Part shown: positions 47,895 to 54,729 of the stretch, piece after piece | Position numbering within the stretch: the stretch's first letter is position 1 | Layout of the letters: every line of letters begins with the position of its first letter | DNA from: a virus | Virus record (IMG/VR): IMGVR_UViG_3300029305_006397 | Direction: 5' to 3' (one strand) | Length of the DNA stretch: 64,000 nt | Program-made: the position numbers and the translations under genes | Notes under the pieces: generated by a model | The model's input: the letters and a program-made list of their open reading frames with translations, nothing else | Told to the model about the DNA's origin: nothing | The model's database searches: none

Positions 47895-48116
47895 TCAACC
47901 ATATTGATAATCAACGTGATGGCAGTTATTACAAACAAACTGATATTTAGGAGGGTACGAGCAAAGAACCATGCTTTCATCTTTACACATCCCACCTTGC
48001 TTGCATTTAGGGCAAAGATACTTAGGAGCAGAATATCTGCTCATTGAGAATGAATTTGTATTAGGCATAACTCTTGCCTGATATACTTCTCTAGTTGGAA
48101 GATGATCATAATTCAT
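47895..48116 (-). CDS. hypothetical zinc-ribbon protein
   Basis: 73 aa with CPKC ... CNNC. Confidence 0.5.
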   Translation of the reverse strand: MNYDHLPTREVYQARVMPNTNSFSMSRYSAPKYLCPKCKQGGMCKDESMVLCSYPPKYQFVCNNCHHVDYQYG

Positions 48117-48205
48117 TTACAATTCCCCCTACCACGATAAATAGGCAGAAAATTAAGTCCAAGCATAACTGCTAGTGGCTTACGAAGCGCATAGATAAAT
48201 CTCAT
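48113..48205 (-). CDS. hypothetical 30-aa peptide
   Basis: Not in the ORF track because it is under 60 aa. SD AAGGAG lies 6 nt upstream and the stop overlaps the next ATG (ATGA). Confidence 0.35.
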   Translation of the reverse strand: MRFIYALRKPLAVMLGLNFLPIYRGRGNCK

Positions 48206-48214
48206 ATAAACTCC

Positions 48215-48508
48215 TTATTCAAACGTGCGCCAACACGCAGCTGCACGTTGTTCATCGATGGGTTTGACAAACCAAATTCGATAGGTTTGATTGTACATAG
48301 AGGGCGTATATCCAAAGAGTTCGCCTTCCACGATAGACATTACTTCGCGCCAACAAATCCATCCGGAATCACCTTTTTGATAACGCGATTCAAAATAAAG
48401 ATAAGGTGGCATATTAGTGGGCCAGGAATGATCTTGTCGAGCATTGTAAATCGACTTGATTTCCTGCCAAGATAATGGATTGGGATGGTAATTAACACAA
48501 TGAATCAT
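48215..48508 (-). CDS. hypothetical protein
   Basis: Start at MIHCVNY (SD GAAGGTG). Confidence 0.55.
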   Translation of the reverse strand: MIHCVNYHPNPLSWQEIKSIYNARQDHSWPTNMPPYLYFESRYQKGDSGWICWREVMSIVEGELFGYTPSMYNQTYRIWFVKPIDEQRAAACWRTFE

Positions 48509-48773
48509 CAGAAACACCTTCTTTTTGGATCATGCTATTCCACTCAACAACCGCATCGCGATACTTAGAATGCAGATTGGATGTACGGTGACATTTAGAA
48601 CATTCTATTTGATGTTCTCCGTATACAACCCAGCTGATAGCTTTTCCACCGCAATTACAAGGAATGGGTTCCAGGCGTTTACGCTTTTTAACAAGTGTAT
48701 ATCCGCGATTTTCAGCTTCTTCGCGCAAATCTTCAAGCGTAAACAAGGAAAGAGCTTTCTTATTTACTCGCAT
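48492..48773 (-). CDS. hypothetical zinc-ribbon protein
   Basis: 93-aa ORF with CNCG ... CSKC. Confidence 0.5.
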   Translation of the reverse strand: MRVNKKALSLFTLEDLREEAENRGYTLVKKRKRLEPIPCNCGGKAISWVVYGEHQIECSKCHRTSNLHSKYRDAVVEWNSMIQKEGVSDDSLC

Positions 48774-49047
48774 AAGCTTTTAACACAGCAGACACATCAG
48801 TGCGCGACTTTTTTAATGCCTCAAAGAAAGCAAGCATATGACCTGTATCGCCAGGATCAGTGCAGAAAAGCTCATATTCATCACCGTGCTTTTCAAGCAA
48901 ACGGCCAATCGCAAGAAATTCAGAAATTCCAGATTTCAGATTGAACTGCTCGGATTTATCATTTTTTAAAAGGTATACATCCTTTTTGCATTGCTTAATA
49001 GCTTCGCGAAAGAGATGAACTTCGTGTTCGGTTAAAAGTTTTTCCAT
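48760..49047 (-). CDS. hypothetical protein
   Basis: 95-aa ORF in the train. Confidence 0.5.
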   Translation of the reverse strand: MEKLLTEHEVHLFREAIKQCKKDVYLLKNDKSEQFNLKSGISEFLAIGRLLEKHGDEYELFCTDPGDTGHMLAFFEALKKSRTDVSAVLKAYASK

Positions 49048-49049
49048 GA

Positions 49050-49361
49050 TTAAGACTCCTTTTTTAATTTAGATAAGATGTAAACGGCTACGTTTCGATT
49101 TGTAATATTGTCAAAACGCTTGCCGGATACGGCGATAATTTCTTTATTAACAAGCTCAGTTAGTCTAGGCTGAACAGCCTGACGATCCTGATGGATAACA
49201 ACGCCTTCATGATATAAAACATGTGCAATTTCTCTGGCAGTAAGACCATCAGGTGCATTGTTTAAGGCTTCGAGGATAAATGCATATAATCGATTTTTAT
49301 TTACTTTTTCCAAAGACTCTCTTCGGGTTTGTTGTGTGACAGAATATTCGCATATAGACAT
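49050..49361 (-). CDS. putative winged-helix DNA-binding protein
   Basis: LTAREIAHVL...VQPRLTELV pattern typical of wHTH regulators. Weak call. Confidence 0.4.
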   Translation of the reverse strand: MSICEYSVTQQTRRESLEKVNKNRLYAFILEALNNAPDGLTAREIAHVLYHEGVVIHQDRQAVQPRLTELVNKEIIAVSGKRFDNITNRNVAVYILSKLKKES

Positions 49362-49376
49362 ATGGTAACACCTTCT

Positions 49377-49724
49377 TTAATCATCTTCTTCGGCCTGATA
49401 CGAGATAATTTCCGCACCTACAATCAAATCATCAAGCTCAGAAACGAAATCAGAAATCCACATAGGATTATCGTTTTCATCAAAGAGAGTCATGCTGAAA
49501 CAATCTTCGCCATCACCATCGATAAGTGCAAACTCGCAATCATTTTCTACGGCTTTAAATTCATAATCACAGTCTTCAAAGAAAGAAAGTGCAGATTCCA
49601 GGATGCTTCGGCCATGGCAATTTCCACCGATTTCAAACGCAACATGACCTATATACTCATGATATTGTAGGGTTAAACGAACACGATGGATTCCGCTACA
49701 ATTATCAACTTCATAAAATTCCAT
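49377..49724 (-). CDS. hypothetical acidic protein
   Basis: 115-aa ORF in the train. Confidence 0.5.
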   Translation of the reverse strand: MEFYEVDNCSGIHRVRLTLQYHEYIGHVAFEIGGNCHGRSILESALSFFEDCDYEFKAVENDCEFALIDGDGEDCFSMTLFDENDNPMWISDFVSELDDLIVGAEIISYQAEEDD

Positions 49725-49738
49725 TTGATTATTCTCCT

Positions 49739-50233
49739 TTATTTATGCCTACAAATAACAACGCTAAGATTCGAGCCTTTGAACACATTTTCAGATACAT
49801 TCTGAATAACAAGGGAGTTTAAATTTCCAGGCATGGAAATGGCAATGGAAGCATTATTTTCTTCGGCCATTTGAGCAACGAGATGTATACCTCCTGCAAA
49901 GGCAGTAGCATCAATCTGGCGATCTTCGCGACAGCAATAAACGGGAACGATGTACTGATAATGAGAATCATAATCAGGCACGGATGTATTCTTGATAGTA
50001 TCAACCATAGTCAGCGCCCAGACTTCTGCGGGAATAAATTGAATAGAGCCGCGAGGATCGATGTTCTTTTTAGAACAATGACGTAGATATTTCAGGCATT
50101 CACGATGAACGTGGGGAAAAGCCTGATTAATTTTTGAAAGAGAGTTGAAACTCATGTCGCCGGAAATCGGCATGGGAATTACGATGTAATTTTCATCTGC
50201 ATCAAGGATATGTTCATTGATAATCTTCGGCAT
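49739..50233 (-). CDS. hypothetical protein
   Basis: 164-aa ORF in the train. Confidence 0.55.
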   Translation of the reverse strand: MPKIINEHILDADENYIVIPMPISGDMSFNSLSKINQAFPHVHRECLKYLRHCSKKNIDPRGSIQFIPAEVWALTMVDTIKNTSVPDYDSHYQYIVPVYCCREDRQIDATAFAGGIHLVAQMAEENNASIAISMPGNLNSLVIQNVSENVFKGSNLSVVICRHK

Positions 50234-50673
50234 TAGGCAACCTCCTGTTTGATTTTCGATTCAGAGTTTTTATGGTCTGCTTCAATTTGGGCCTCTTCGA
50301 ATGATGAGAATAATTTGGATTCAGGAACCTCAAGTTTAGCGTCTCCGCAAGAAACTTCATAGCTTATATCAGTATCCGTCTCATCGTCTGAGTCGTTATA
50401 TGCAATAACGGCCTCAACTGTAAAAGGATATTTATCTGCATAATACATCCATTGAGTTTTTGCTAGTTTCCCTGCTTGGCAAAAATATCTGGCAGGGGCA
50501 TCCCCAAAGACATGAAAAACGGCAGCGCATTTGGCAATGCGGTCGCCTTCAAGTCTTACTTCTCCAGCGCCTTTACAGGCGGGGCAAAGCAAACCAGGAA
50601 TCACGAGAGGACGATTTGAACTTTCAACACGATATACCTTGTCACCCACGTTGTATTTGCACTTAATGTTCAT
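50233..50673 (-). CDS. hypothetical protein
   Basis: Start at MNIKCKY (SD AGGAGG). The ORF-track N-terminal extension runs through tRNA-Gln and is rejected. Confidence 0.6.
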   Translation of the reverse strand: MNIKCKYNVGDKVYRVESSNRPLVIPGLLCPACKGAGEVRLEGDRIAKCAAVFHVFGDAPARYFCQAGKLAKTQWMYYADKYPFTVEAVIAYNDSDDETDTDISYEVSCGDAKLEVPESKLFSSFEEAQIEADHKNSESKIKQEVA

Positions 50674-50695
50674 AGAAACCTCCTGAGATAAAATG

Positions 50696-50763
50696 AACCT
50701 GCAAACCAATAAAGGATAATCCGACGAATGGCGAAATATTTTTCCGACGATTGGTTGCAGGTT
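50696..50763 (-). other. long imperfect hairpin between tRNA-Gln and the next SD
   Basis: Arms AACCTGCAA(A)CCAAT / ATTGGTTGCAGGTT enclose a 39-nt interior with a CCGACGA direct repeat. On the minus strand it is followed by CATTTTAT. Confidence 0.45.
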
Positions 50764-50774
50764 GAATTGTGAAA

Positions 50775-50849
50775 TGGCTGGGGTAGTTGGATTCGAACCA
50801 ACGATGTGGGAGTCAAAGTCCCATGCCTTAGCCGCTTGGCTATACCCCA
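50775..50849 (-). tRNA. tRNA-Gln(TTG), CCA encoded
   Basis: TGGGGTA ... TGGGA CTTTGAC TCCCA ... GTTGG TTCGAAT CCAAC TACCCCA G CCA. Confidence 0.9.
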
Positions 50850-51234
50850 ACAGCAGAGAAGTTTAAACCTTGTGTTTTTTTAATGCGGAGCTAACGGGAC
50901 ATTGTTTCAGCTCAGGCATTTCTTCGTAACACATTACTCCTACTTCCAAAGGATGCACTTTAAGACCGTATGTCTTGCTGCTGCGCAGAGGTAGCATTTC
51001 CTCCGCTTGAACACTTTCGCAGTTCCCGGCACTAGACACTTTCGTAGTCTCCAACGCCATCGTTTGTATGCTCAATTTACTTTTACCCAGTAGCGAACTG
51101 GAGAAGGCTGAACCACCTGGCTATAAATACAACAATGGTCTAAGCGTTAGGCAGACGGTCAAGAATCTGCCCCACGGAATCGTACCGTGCCACCTGCGGT
51201 AAATAAGACGCAGGATCGAACCTCGCTTTTAGGA
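50850..51234 (-). ncRNA. structured non-coding block A of the tRNA island
   Basis: 385 nt, GC-rich, with no SD-preceded ORF. Holds several stems, including two tandem GAAA-tetraloop hairpins with compensatory changes and a T-arm-like CACGG TACGATT CCGTG. Confidence 0.5.
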
Positions 51235-51576
51235 TTAATTTTGTATGGGTTTTGCAATTCTAAGTGCAATTGCAATACAGTAAATGCATGCCCATACATA
51301 ATCAATTATGCCTTTCAAGCTCTCAAAAAATGTAGGCTTACGTTCCATCATACGACTAAGCTCGATCAAACGAACACGACGTTCACGGTCGCGAGTTTCC
51401 TCTACAATATGATGGATATCTGTAAGGTCTCGAAGCTGACGATTAAATTTCAAATTAAGCTCTTCAATTTCATTTTGGTGCTCAATTCTGGATTTCTCCA
51501 TTTCATGAGCATGGATTTCGTTGAGACGCCTGGTTTCATTAATTACCAAATTGATATCGCTGAGAGTGAGATTCAT
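51235..51576 (-). CDS. hypothetical coiled-coil protein with C-terminal hydrophobic segment
   Basis: 113 aa, with SD AGGAGG 6 nt upstream. Confidence 0.6.
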   Translation of the reverse strand: MNLTLSDINLVINETRRLNEIHAHEMEKSRIEHQNEIEELNLKFNRQLRDLTDIHHIVEETRDRERRVRLIELSRMMERKPTFFESLKGIIDYVWACIYCIAIALRIAKPIQN

Positions 51577-51620
51577 AGAAGCCTCCTATTGTTGTTCGTC
51601 GATATCTTTGAAAATAAAGA

Positions 51621-51697
51621 TGGTACTCCGGGAGGGACTTGAACCCCCGACTACAGACTTAGAAGGACTGTGCTCTTTCCAACTGAGCTACCGGAGC
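51621..51697 (-). tRNA. tRNA-Arg(TCT), CCA encoded
   Basis: GCTCCGG TA GCTC..GAGC A CAGTC CTTCTAA GTCTG ... GGGGG TTCAAGT CCCTC CCGGAGT A CCA. One U-U mismatch in the anticodon stem. Confidence 0.85.
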
Positions 51698-51701
51698 ATA
51701 T

Positions 51702-51777
51702 TGGCAGGGAAGAAGAGATTCGAACTCTTATCTACATCGGTTTTGGAGACCGGAGTTTTGCATTAAACTACTTCCCT
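51702..51777 (-). tRNA. tRNA-Trp(CCA), CCA encoded
   Basis: AGGGAAG ... CCGGT CTCCAAA ACCGA ... AAGAG TTCGAAT CTCTT CTTCCCT G CCA. Confidence 0.85.
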
Positions 51778-52127
51778 ATTTATTATTATTGAGCCATAGG
51801 ACTTTCACCTATGGGAGCAAGGGTTAGGTTTCGTGTTTGCAACCACTTTCTAACGGTCTATTTCTAATTACTAATCTTGCCGACCAAGCATCTACAATTT
51901 TACCTTGCTTTTTCATATTTCGTACTTTTAAGAGATTTTCTTTTTGCTCGGCATCAACAGGACTTGAACCTGAACCCTCCGGCCAGCACTATCCAGCCAG
52001 CATGCTCTCCACCTACACCAGACACCTAATCCCTGCCACACAAACCATCGGCTGTACCTTCCGTTATAGGCTTGTTTGTACGTTGTGGCATACTCCATAT
52101 GGCTTTGTACTCACCACTCAAAAATAA
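51778..52127 (-). ncRNA. structured non-coding block B of the tRNA island
   Basis: 350 nt with no plausible CDS. Contains a T-arm-like TCAGG TTCAAGT CCTGT with no matching acceptor stem. Confidence 0.4.
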
Positions 52128-52391
52128 TCACGTTTGCTTTTTGCGAAGCGCCTGAACCTTGCGATTAAAAGCATGAATCTCGCTTTTTGTAAGGTTGGGC
52201 TTGATTTCTACGATTGAAAGATTCCATGAATAAAGGATGTCTTTGCTAGTGCCAGATAACTTGTTTGCATTGACTACAAAACGAGCCAATTGATCAAGCG
52301 TTTCAAACCTACGAACAAAAGCTCCGCGACAATGACGATTAAAAGATTTAAACTTCAATCCTGACCTTGCAAATGCAACTTCATAACGCAT
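52128..52391 (-). CDS. hypothetical basic protein
   Basis: 87 aa. Its leader ATGAAAGAGGTAC is identical to that of the 40-aa ORF at 52832..52954. Confidence 0.5.
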   Translation of the reverse strand: MRYEVAFARSGLKFKSFNRHCRGAFVRRFETLDQLARFVVNANKLSGTSKDILYSWNLSIVEIKPNLTKSEIHAFNRKVQALRKKQT

Positions 52392-52672
52392 AAAGTACCT
52401 CTTTCATAACCGGGTTACGATCTACACGGTAGACGGCCTGTCCCCTACCCCTTTAGCCTTGGACTGTTTGGCTTCCCTCGTTGGTTGATGGTCGCGTCCA
52501 ACTCTTTCAACCTCTTTCACTGCCCCTCGAACGTATTACCAGTGCCAACACCCACTTAGCGTTAAGCAGAATTACATCGACGTTGTTGGCTGCGCGAATG
52601 ACTGCGCGTACATAAGCTTCATTAAATGGCCGTCTGCTGCGGCATCAACTTAAGAAAAGAAAGAAAGGAGTT
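52392..52672 (-). ncRNA. structured non-coding block C of the tRNA island
   Basis: 281 nt, GC-rich. Shares the module TCTGCYTAACGCTWAG plus a covarying stem with block A. Confidence 0.45.
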
Positions 52673-52743
52673 TGCTTCGAGACGGAATCGAACCGCCGAC
52701 AAGAGCCATTCCAGCTTTTACTCTTCCCCTGAGTTACCGAAGC
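52673..52743 (-). tRNA. aberrant tRNA (GAA at anticodon position, loop UGGAAUG, no CCA)
   Basis: Good acceptor, D and T arms (GCTTCGG ... GGCGG TTCGATT CCGTC TCGAAGC A). However, position 33 is G, position 37 is U, and the anticodon stem has one mismatch. Confidence 0.5.
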
Positions 52744-52746
52744 ATG

Positions 52747-52822
52747 TGGAGCTGGCGAAGGGACTTGAACCCGCAACCTGCTGATTACAAATCAGCTGCT
52801 CTGCCAATTGAGCTACGCCAGC
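52747..52822 (-). tRNA. tRNA-Thr(TGT), CCA encoded
   Basis: GCTGGCG TA GCTC AATTGGCA GAGC A GCTGA TTTGTAA TCAGC ... CGCCAGC T CCA. The T stem has one mismatch. Confidence 0.8.
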
Positions 52823-52831
52823 CCGATATAT

Positions 52832-52954
52832 TTACTGGGTTTCCAGTAAACGAATACGACGTTTGAGTTTATTGATAATGTTAACATTGACAACGGGATC
52901 GCGCATCTGCAGGATGTGCATGCGAATGGAGAGAGATTCGATAGAGTTTTTCAT
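52832..52954 (-). CDS. hypothetical 40-aa peptide
   Basis: MKNSIESLSIRMHILQMRDPVVNVNIINKLKRRIRLLETQ, with SD AAAGAGG. Below the ORF-track length cut-off. Confidence 0.35.
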   Translation of the reverse strand: MKNSIESLSIRMHILQMRDPVVNVNIINKLKRRIRLLETQ

Positions 52955-52984
52955 GGATTTGTACCTCTTTCATTGAATTTTAGA

Positions 52985-53061
52985 TGGAGCACCAGACGGG
53001 ACTCGAACCCGCAAACCTCCGGCTTGGAAGGCCAGCATTCTAACCATTGAACTACTGGTGC
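52985..53061 (-). tRNA. tRNA-Gly(TCC), CCA encoded
   Basis: GCACCAG ... CTGGC CTTCCAA GCCGG ... GCGGG TTCGAGT CCCGT CTGGTGC T CCA. Confidence 0.9.
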
Positions 53062-53131
53062 ATATACCCTAATCTGTTATCGTACAGATTGGTAGAAACG
53101 CCGGATTTGCACCGGGACTCGCGAGTGTCTT

Positions 53132-53180
53132 TGGGCGCAGCCAGGGATCGAACCCGGAAATCAAGACTTGGCTTCCTGCA
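53132..53180 (-). ncRNA. tRNA-like minihelix ending in CCA
   Basis: TGCAG (18 nt) CCGGG TTCGATC CCTGG CTGCG C CCA. A perfect T-arm stacks on a 5-bp acceptor-like stem, with no D or anticodon arm. Confidence 0.3.
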
Positions 53181-53316
53181 TTTTGCCTCTTAAATTACTG
53201 AGCCATAAAACTCCCGGTGGGTTCTCAGGCCCACATTGCCCGTTTACCGAAGCAGTGACGGCAGTCCTTCAGGTGATAAGCTTAAAGTCACCCTTGCGAA
53301 TTTGTACGACAGGAGT

Positions 53317-53402
53317 TGGTGAATACAATTGGATTCGAACCAATGCTCGACGACTGAGCCAAAGGCATGGGCCGTCCGTGCTAACCGCTACACCATATAT
53401 TC
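53317..53402 (-). ncRNA. 86-nt tRNA-like RNA with non-canonical anticodon region, CCA encoded
   Basis: Canonical acceptor (GAATATA/TGTATTC), D arm, T arm (ATTGG TTCGAAT CCAAT) and ACCA. The 33-nt central region has no convincing 5-bp stem with a 7-nt loop (best candidate is a weak GCC reading); instead a 6-bp stem GACGGC/GTCGTC forms. Confidence 0.5.
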
Positions 53403-53550
53403 ATGCATCCGACTAAGCAGTAGTCGGCACTGTGAAACACGCCGCGTGACACCTCGTCTGCGTCTGCGTCTGCGATTTCAATCAGTGATATCGCCACTGA
53501 TCCTCCCCTTGTCATCGGGAAAACTATCTTGACCAAGCGATATTTGGGAC

Positions 53551-53627
53551 TGGTGGGGGCCACAGGACTCGAACCTGTGACCGATCGGTTATGAGCCGAC
53601 TGCTCTGACCAACTGCGCTAGACCCCC
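53551..53627 (-). tRNA. tRNA-Met(CAT), or Ile2 if lysidinylated; CCA encoded
   Basis: GGGGGTC ... GTCGG CTCATAA CCGAT ... ACAGG TTCGAGT CCTGT GGCCCCC A CCA. Confidence 0.9.
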
Positions 53628-54006
53628 ATATGTAATGCCCCTGGTTGTATTAAATACATATGCATATGGATAGCTACGTCCCGCGAAGGAGTATTCGCGT
53701 GTATGCCTGACTTAAATCACGGACTCCAATTGTATTACTATGTGACGCATACTTTCGTTTTTATCCGCTATCTGGACGGGGCAGGTTAAGCGATAACCTA
53801 TGCCTTTCGACAACCCAGCCTCTAATAAGAGGCTGACGCTCATGGCCTAATGTCCTGTTTCAACTCGCCATGACGAGCAATCACCTGCAAGAATCGAACC
53901 TGCCTGGAAGTCAAGCTTCCTTTACTGCCGCCCAGAAGTGATTAAGATGGATTGTTTGACTTTAATTTGATAAGCGGAGGCCAAACAACCAAATTTCTCT
54001 CACGAT
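53628..54006 (-). ncRNA. structured non-coding block E of the tRNA island
   Basis: 379 nt with hairpins CGCGAA/TTCGCG, CAGCCTC/GAGGCTG and AGGTTA/TAACCT. Contains a degenerate tRNA-like element. Confidence 0.5.
53880..53942 (-). pseudogene. 63-nt degenerate tRNA-like element (Gln-like relic)
   Basis: 7-bp acceptor ATCACTT/AGGTGAT and T arm GCAGG TTCGATT CTTGC. The anticodon arm GGAAG CUUGA CUUCC has only a 5-nt loop, the D arm is truncated, and there is no CCA. Confidence 0.4.
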
Positions 54007-54092
<86 letters not shown>

Positions 54093-54096
54093 AGAT

Positions 54097-54119
54097 TGGT
54101 GGGCCTTAACGTCGGCCCA
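54097..54119 (-). ncRNA. hairpin ending in ACCA, 4 nt upstream of tRNA-Leu(TAA)
   Basis: T GGGCC GACGTTAA GGCCC A CCA. It mimics an acceptor end. Confidence 0.3.
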
Positions 54120-54170
54120 AACGACAGATGGGTTTATGCGCTGCGTAACCTCTTTTGCTCTTAACCGCGA

Positions 54171-54253
54171 TGGTGGGGATGGTGGGACTTGAACCCACAC
54201 GGTCTAGCCGTCGCATTTTGAGTGCGATGCGTCTGCCATTCCGCCACAACCCC
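54171..54253 (-). tRNA. tRNA-Leu(CAA), type II, CCA encoded
   Basis: GGGGTTG TG GCGGAATGGCAGACGC A TCGCA CTCAAAA TGCGA, a variable arm, then GTGGG TTCAAGT CCCAC CATCCCC A CCA. Confidence 0.85.
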
Positions 54254-54366
54254 GCCTAGTATGGCATGCCGTTCGGCTTACGACGGCCATAACGCCGGAT
54301 TTAGGAAATCACCCAAGAAAGGAGGTGTACATATGAAACCGTATCTCACCCGGAATCAGATGTAAG

Positions 54367-54442
54367 TGGTGAAAGTGGCGGGATTCGAACCCGCGACTCA
54401 CAGATTAAAAGTCTGTTACTCTACCGACTGAGTTACACTTCC
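54367..54442 (-). tRNA. tRNA-Lys(TTT), CCA encoded; first gene of the island
   Basis: GGAAGTG TA ACTC AGTCGGTA GAGT A ACAGA CTTTTAA TCTGT GAGTC GCGGG TTCGAAT CCCGC CACTTTC A CCA. Confidence 0.9.
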
Positions 54443-54450
54443 AAGTAATT

Positions 54451-54638
54451 TTTGCACATAATGTTTATTGTTTATCAGATCAATCCGAATTATCGTTTTC
54501 ATCTTTATTTTTGCATATAATGTTTATAAGCAATAAAAGAATGATTTACTGCCTTTTCAAATGATCGCCATTTGAATGCCTTCGGATTGATTGATAATAG
54601 ACAGTGATTCATTTTATCGTTTGCACTTAATGTTTATT
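54451..54638 (-). promoter_or_regulatory. three tandem copies of the conserved promoter-like motif upstream of the tRNA island
   Basis: TTTGCACATAATGTTTATT at 54451-54469, TTTGCATATAATGTTTATA at 54510-54528 and TTTGCACTTAATGTTTATT at 54620-54638. Confidence 0.6.
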
Positions 54639-54669
54639 AAAACATCTTAAATCGCCAACGACTGTAATA

Positions 54670-54698
54670 ATACTACCACAAGATTCATAGCTTGTCAA
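54670..54698 (-). promoter_or_regulatory. consensus sigma-A/sigma-70 promoter facing the tRNA island
   Basis: On the minus strand: TTGACA, a 17-nt spacer, then TAGTAT preceded by TGTGG (TRTG extended -10). Confidence 0.6.
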
Positions 54699-54729
54699 CC
54701 CCTTTTTCAAACTTTTTTGAAAAAAATTT

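Larger units (their letters stand above)
53062..53550 (-). ncRNA. structured non-coding block D of the tRNA island
   Basis: 489 nt with many perfect hairpins (for example AATCTGT/ACAGATT, CCGACTA/TAGTCGG, ATCAGTG/CACTGAT). Also holds a CGTCTG x3 repeat and two tRNA-like elements. Confidence 0.5.

Noticed and set aside
50674-50850. N-terminal extension of ORF 50233..50850
   Set aside because: The extension reads through tRNA-Gln and a long hairpin. The internal ATG at 50673 has a perfect AGGAGG SD.
50863-51075. 70-aa minus-strand ORF, plus the plus-strand ORFs 51187..51642, 51521..51766, 51837..52127, 52672..52866, 53168..53416, 53329..53532 and 53952..54164
   Set aside because: None has an SD, some have non-ATG starts, and they run through tRNA genes or stem-rich RNA blocks. 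They are better explained as non-coding RNA.
51196-51229. T-arm-like GCGAGGTTCGATCCTGCG as a tRNA; likewise 51957-51973
   Set aside because: No complementary 5' acceptor strand, D arm or anticodon arm can be placed; the position where they should be is a CDS. An alternative local hairpin CCTGCG/CGCAGG also forms.
53455-53474. CGTCTG x3 tandem repeat as a possible CRISPR or mini-satellite
   Set aside because: It is only three 6-nt units with no spacers. It lies inside structured block D. No CRISPR-like array exists anywhere in the window.
54333-54365. Plus-strand 10-codon ORF (MKPYLTRNQM) behind a perfect AAAGGAGGTG
   Set aside because: It is antisense to the tRNA island, only 10 codons long, and no plus-strand promoter was seen. 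The GGAGG is more likely part of the minus-strand spacer RNA structure.
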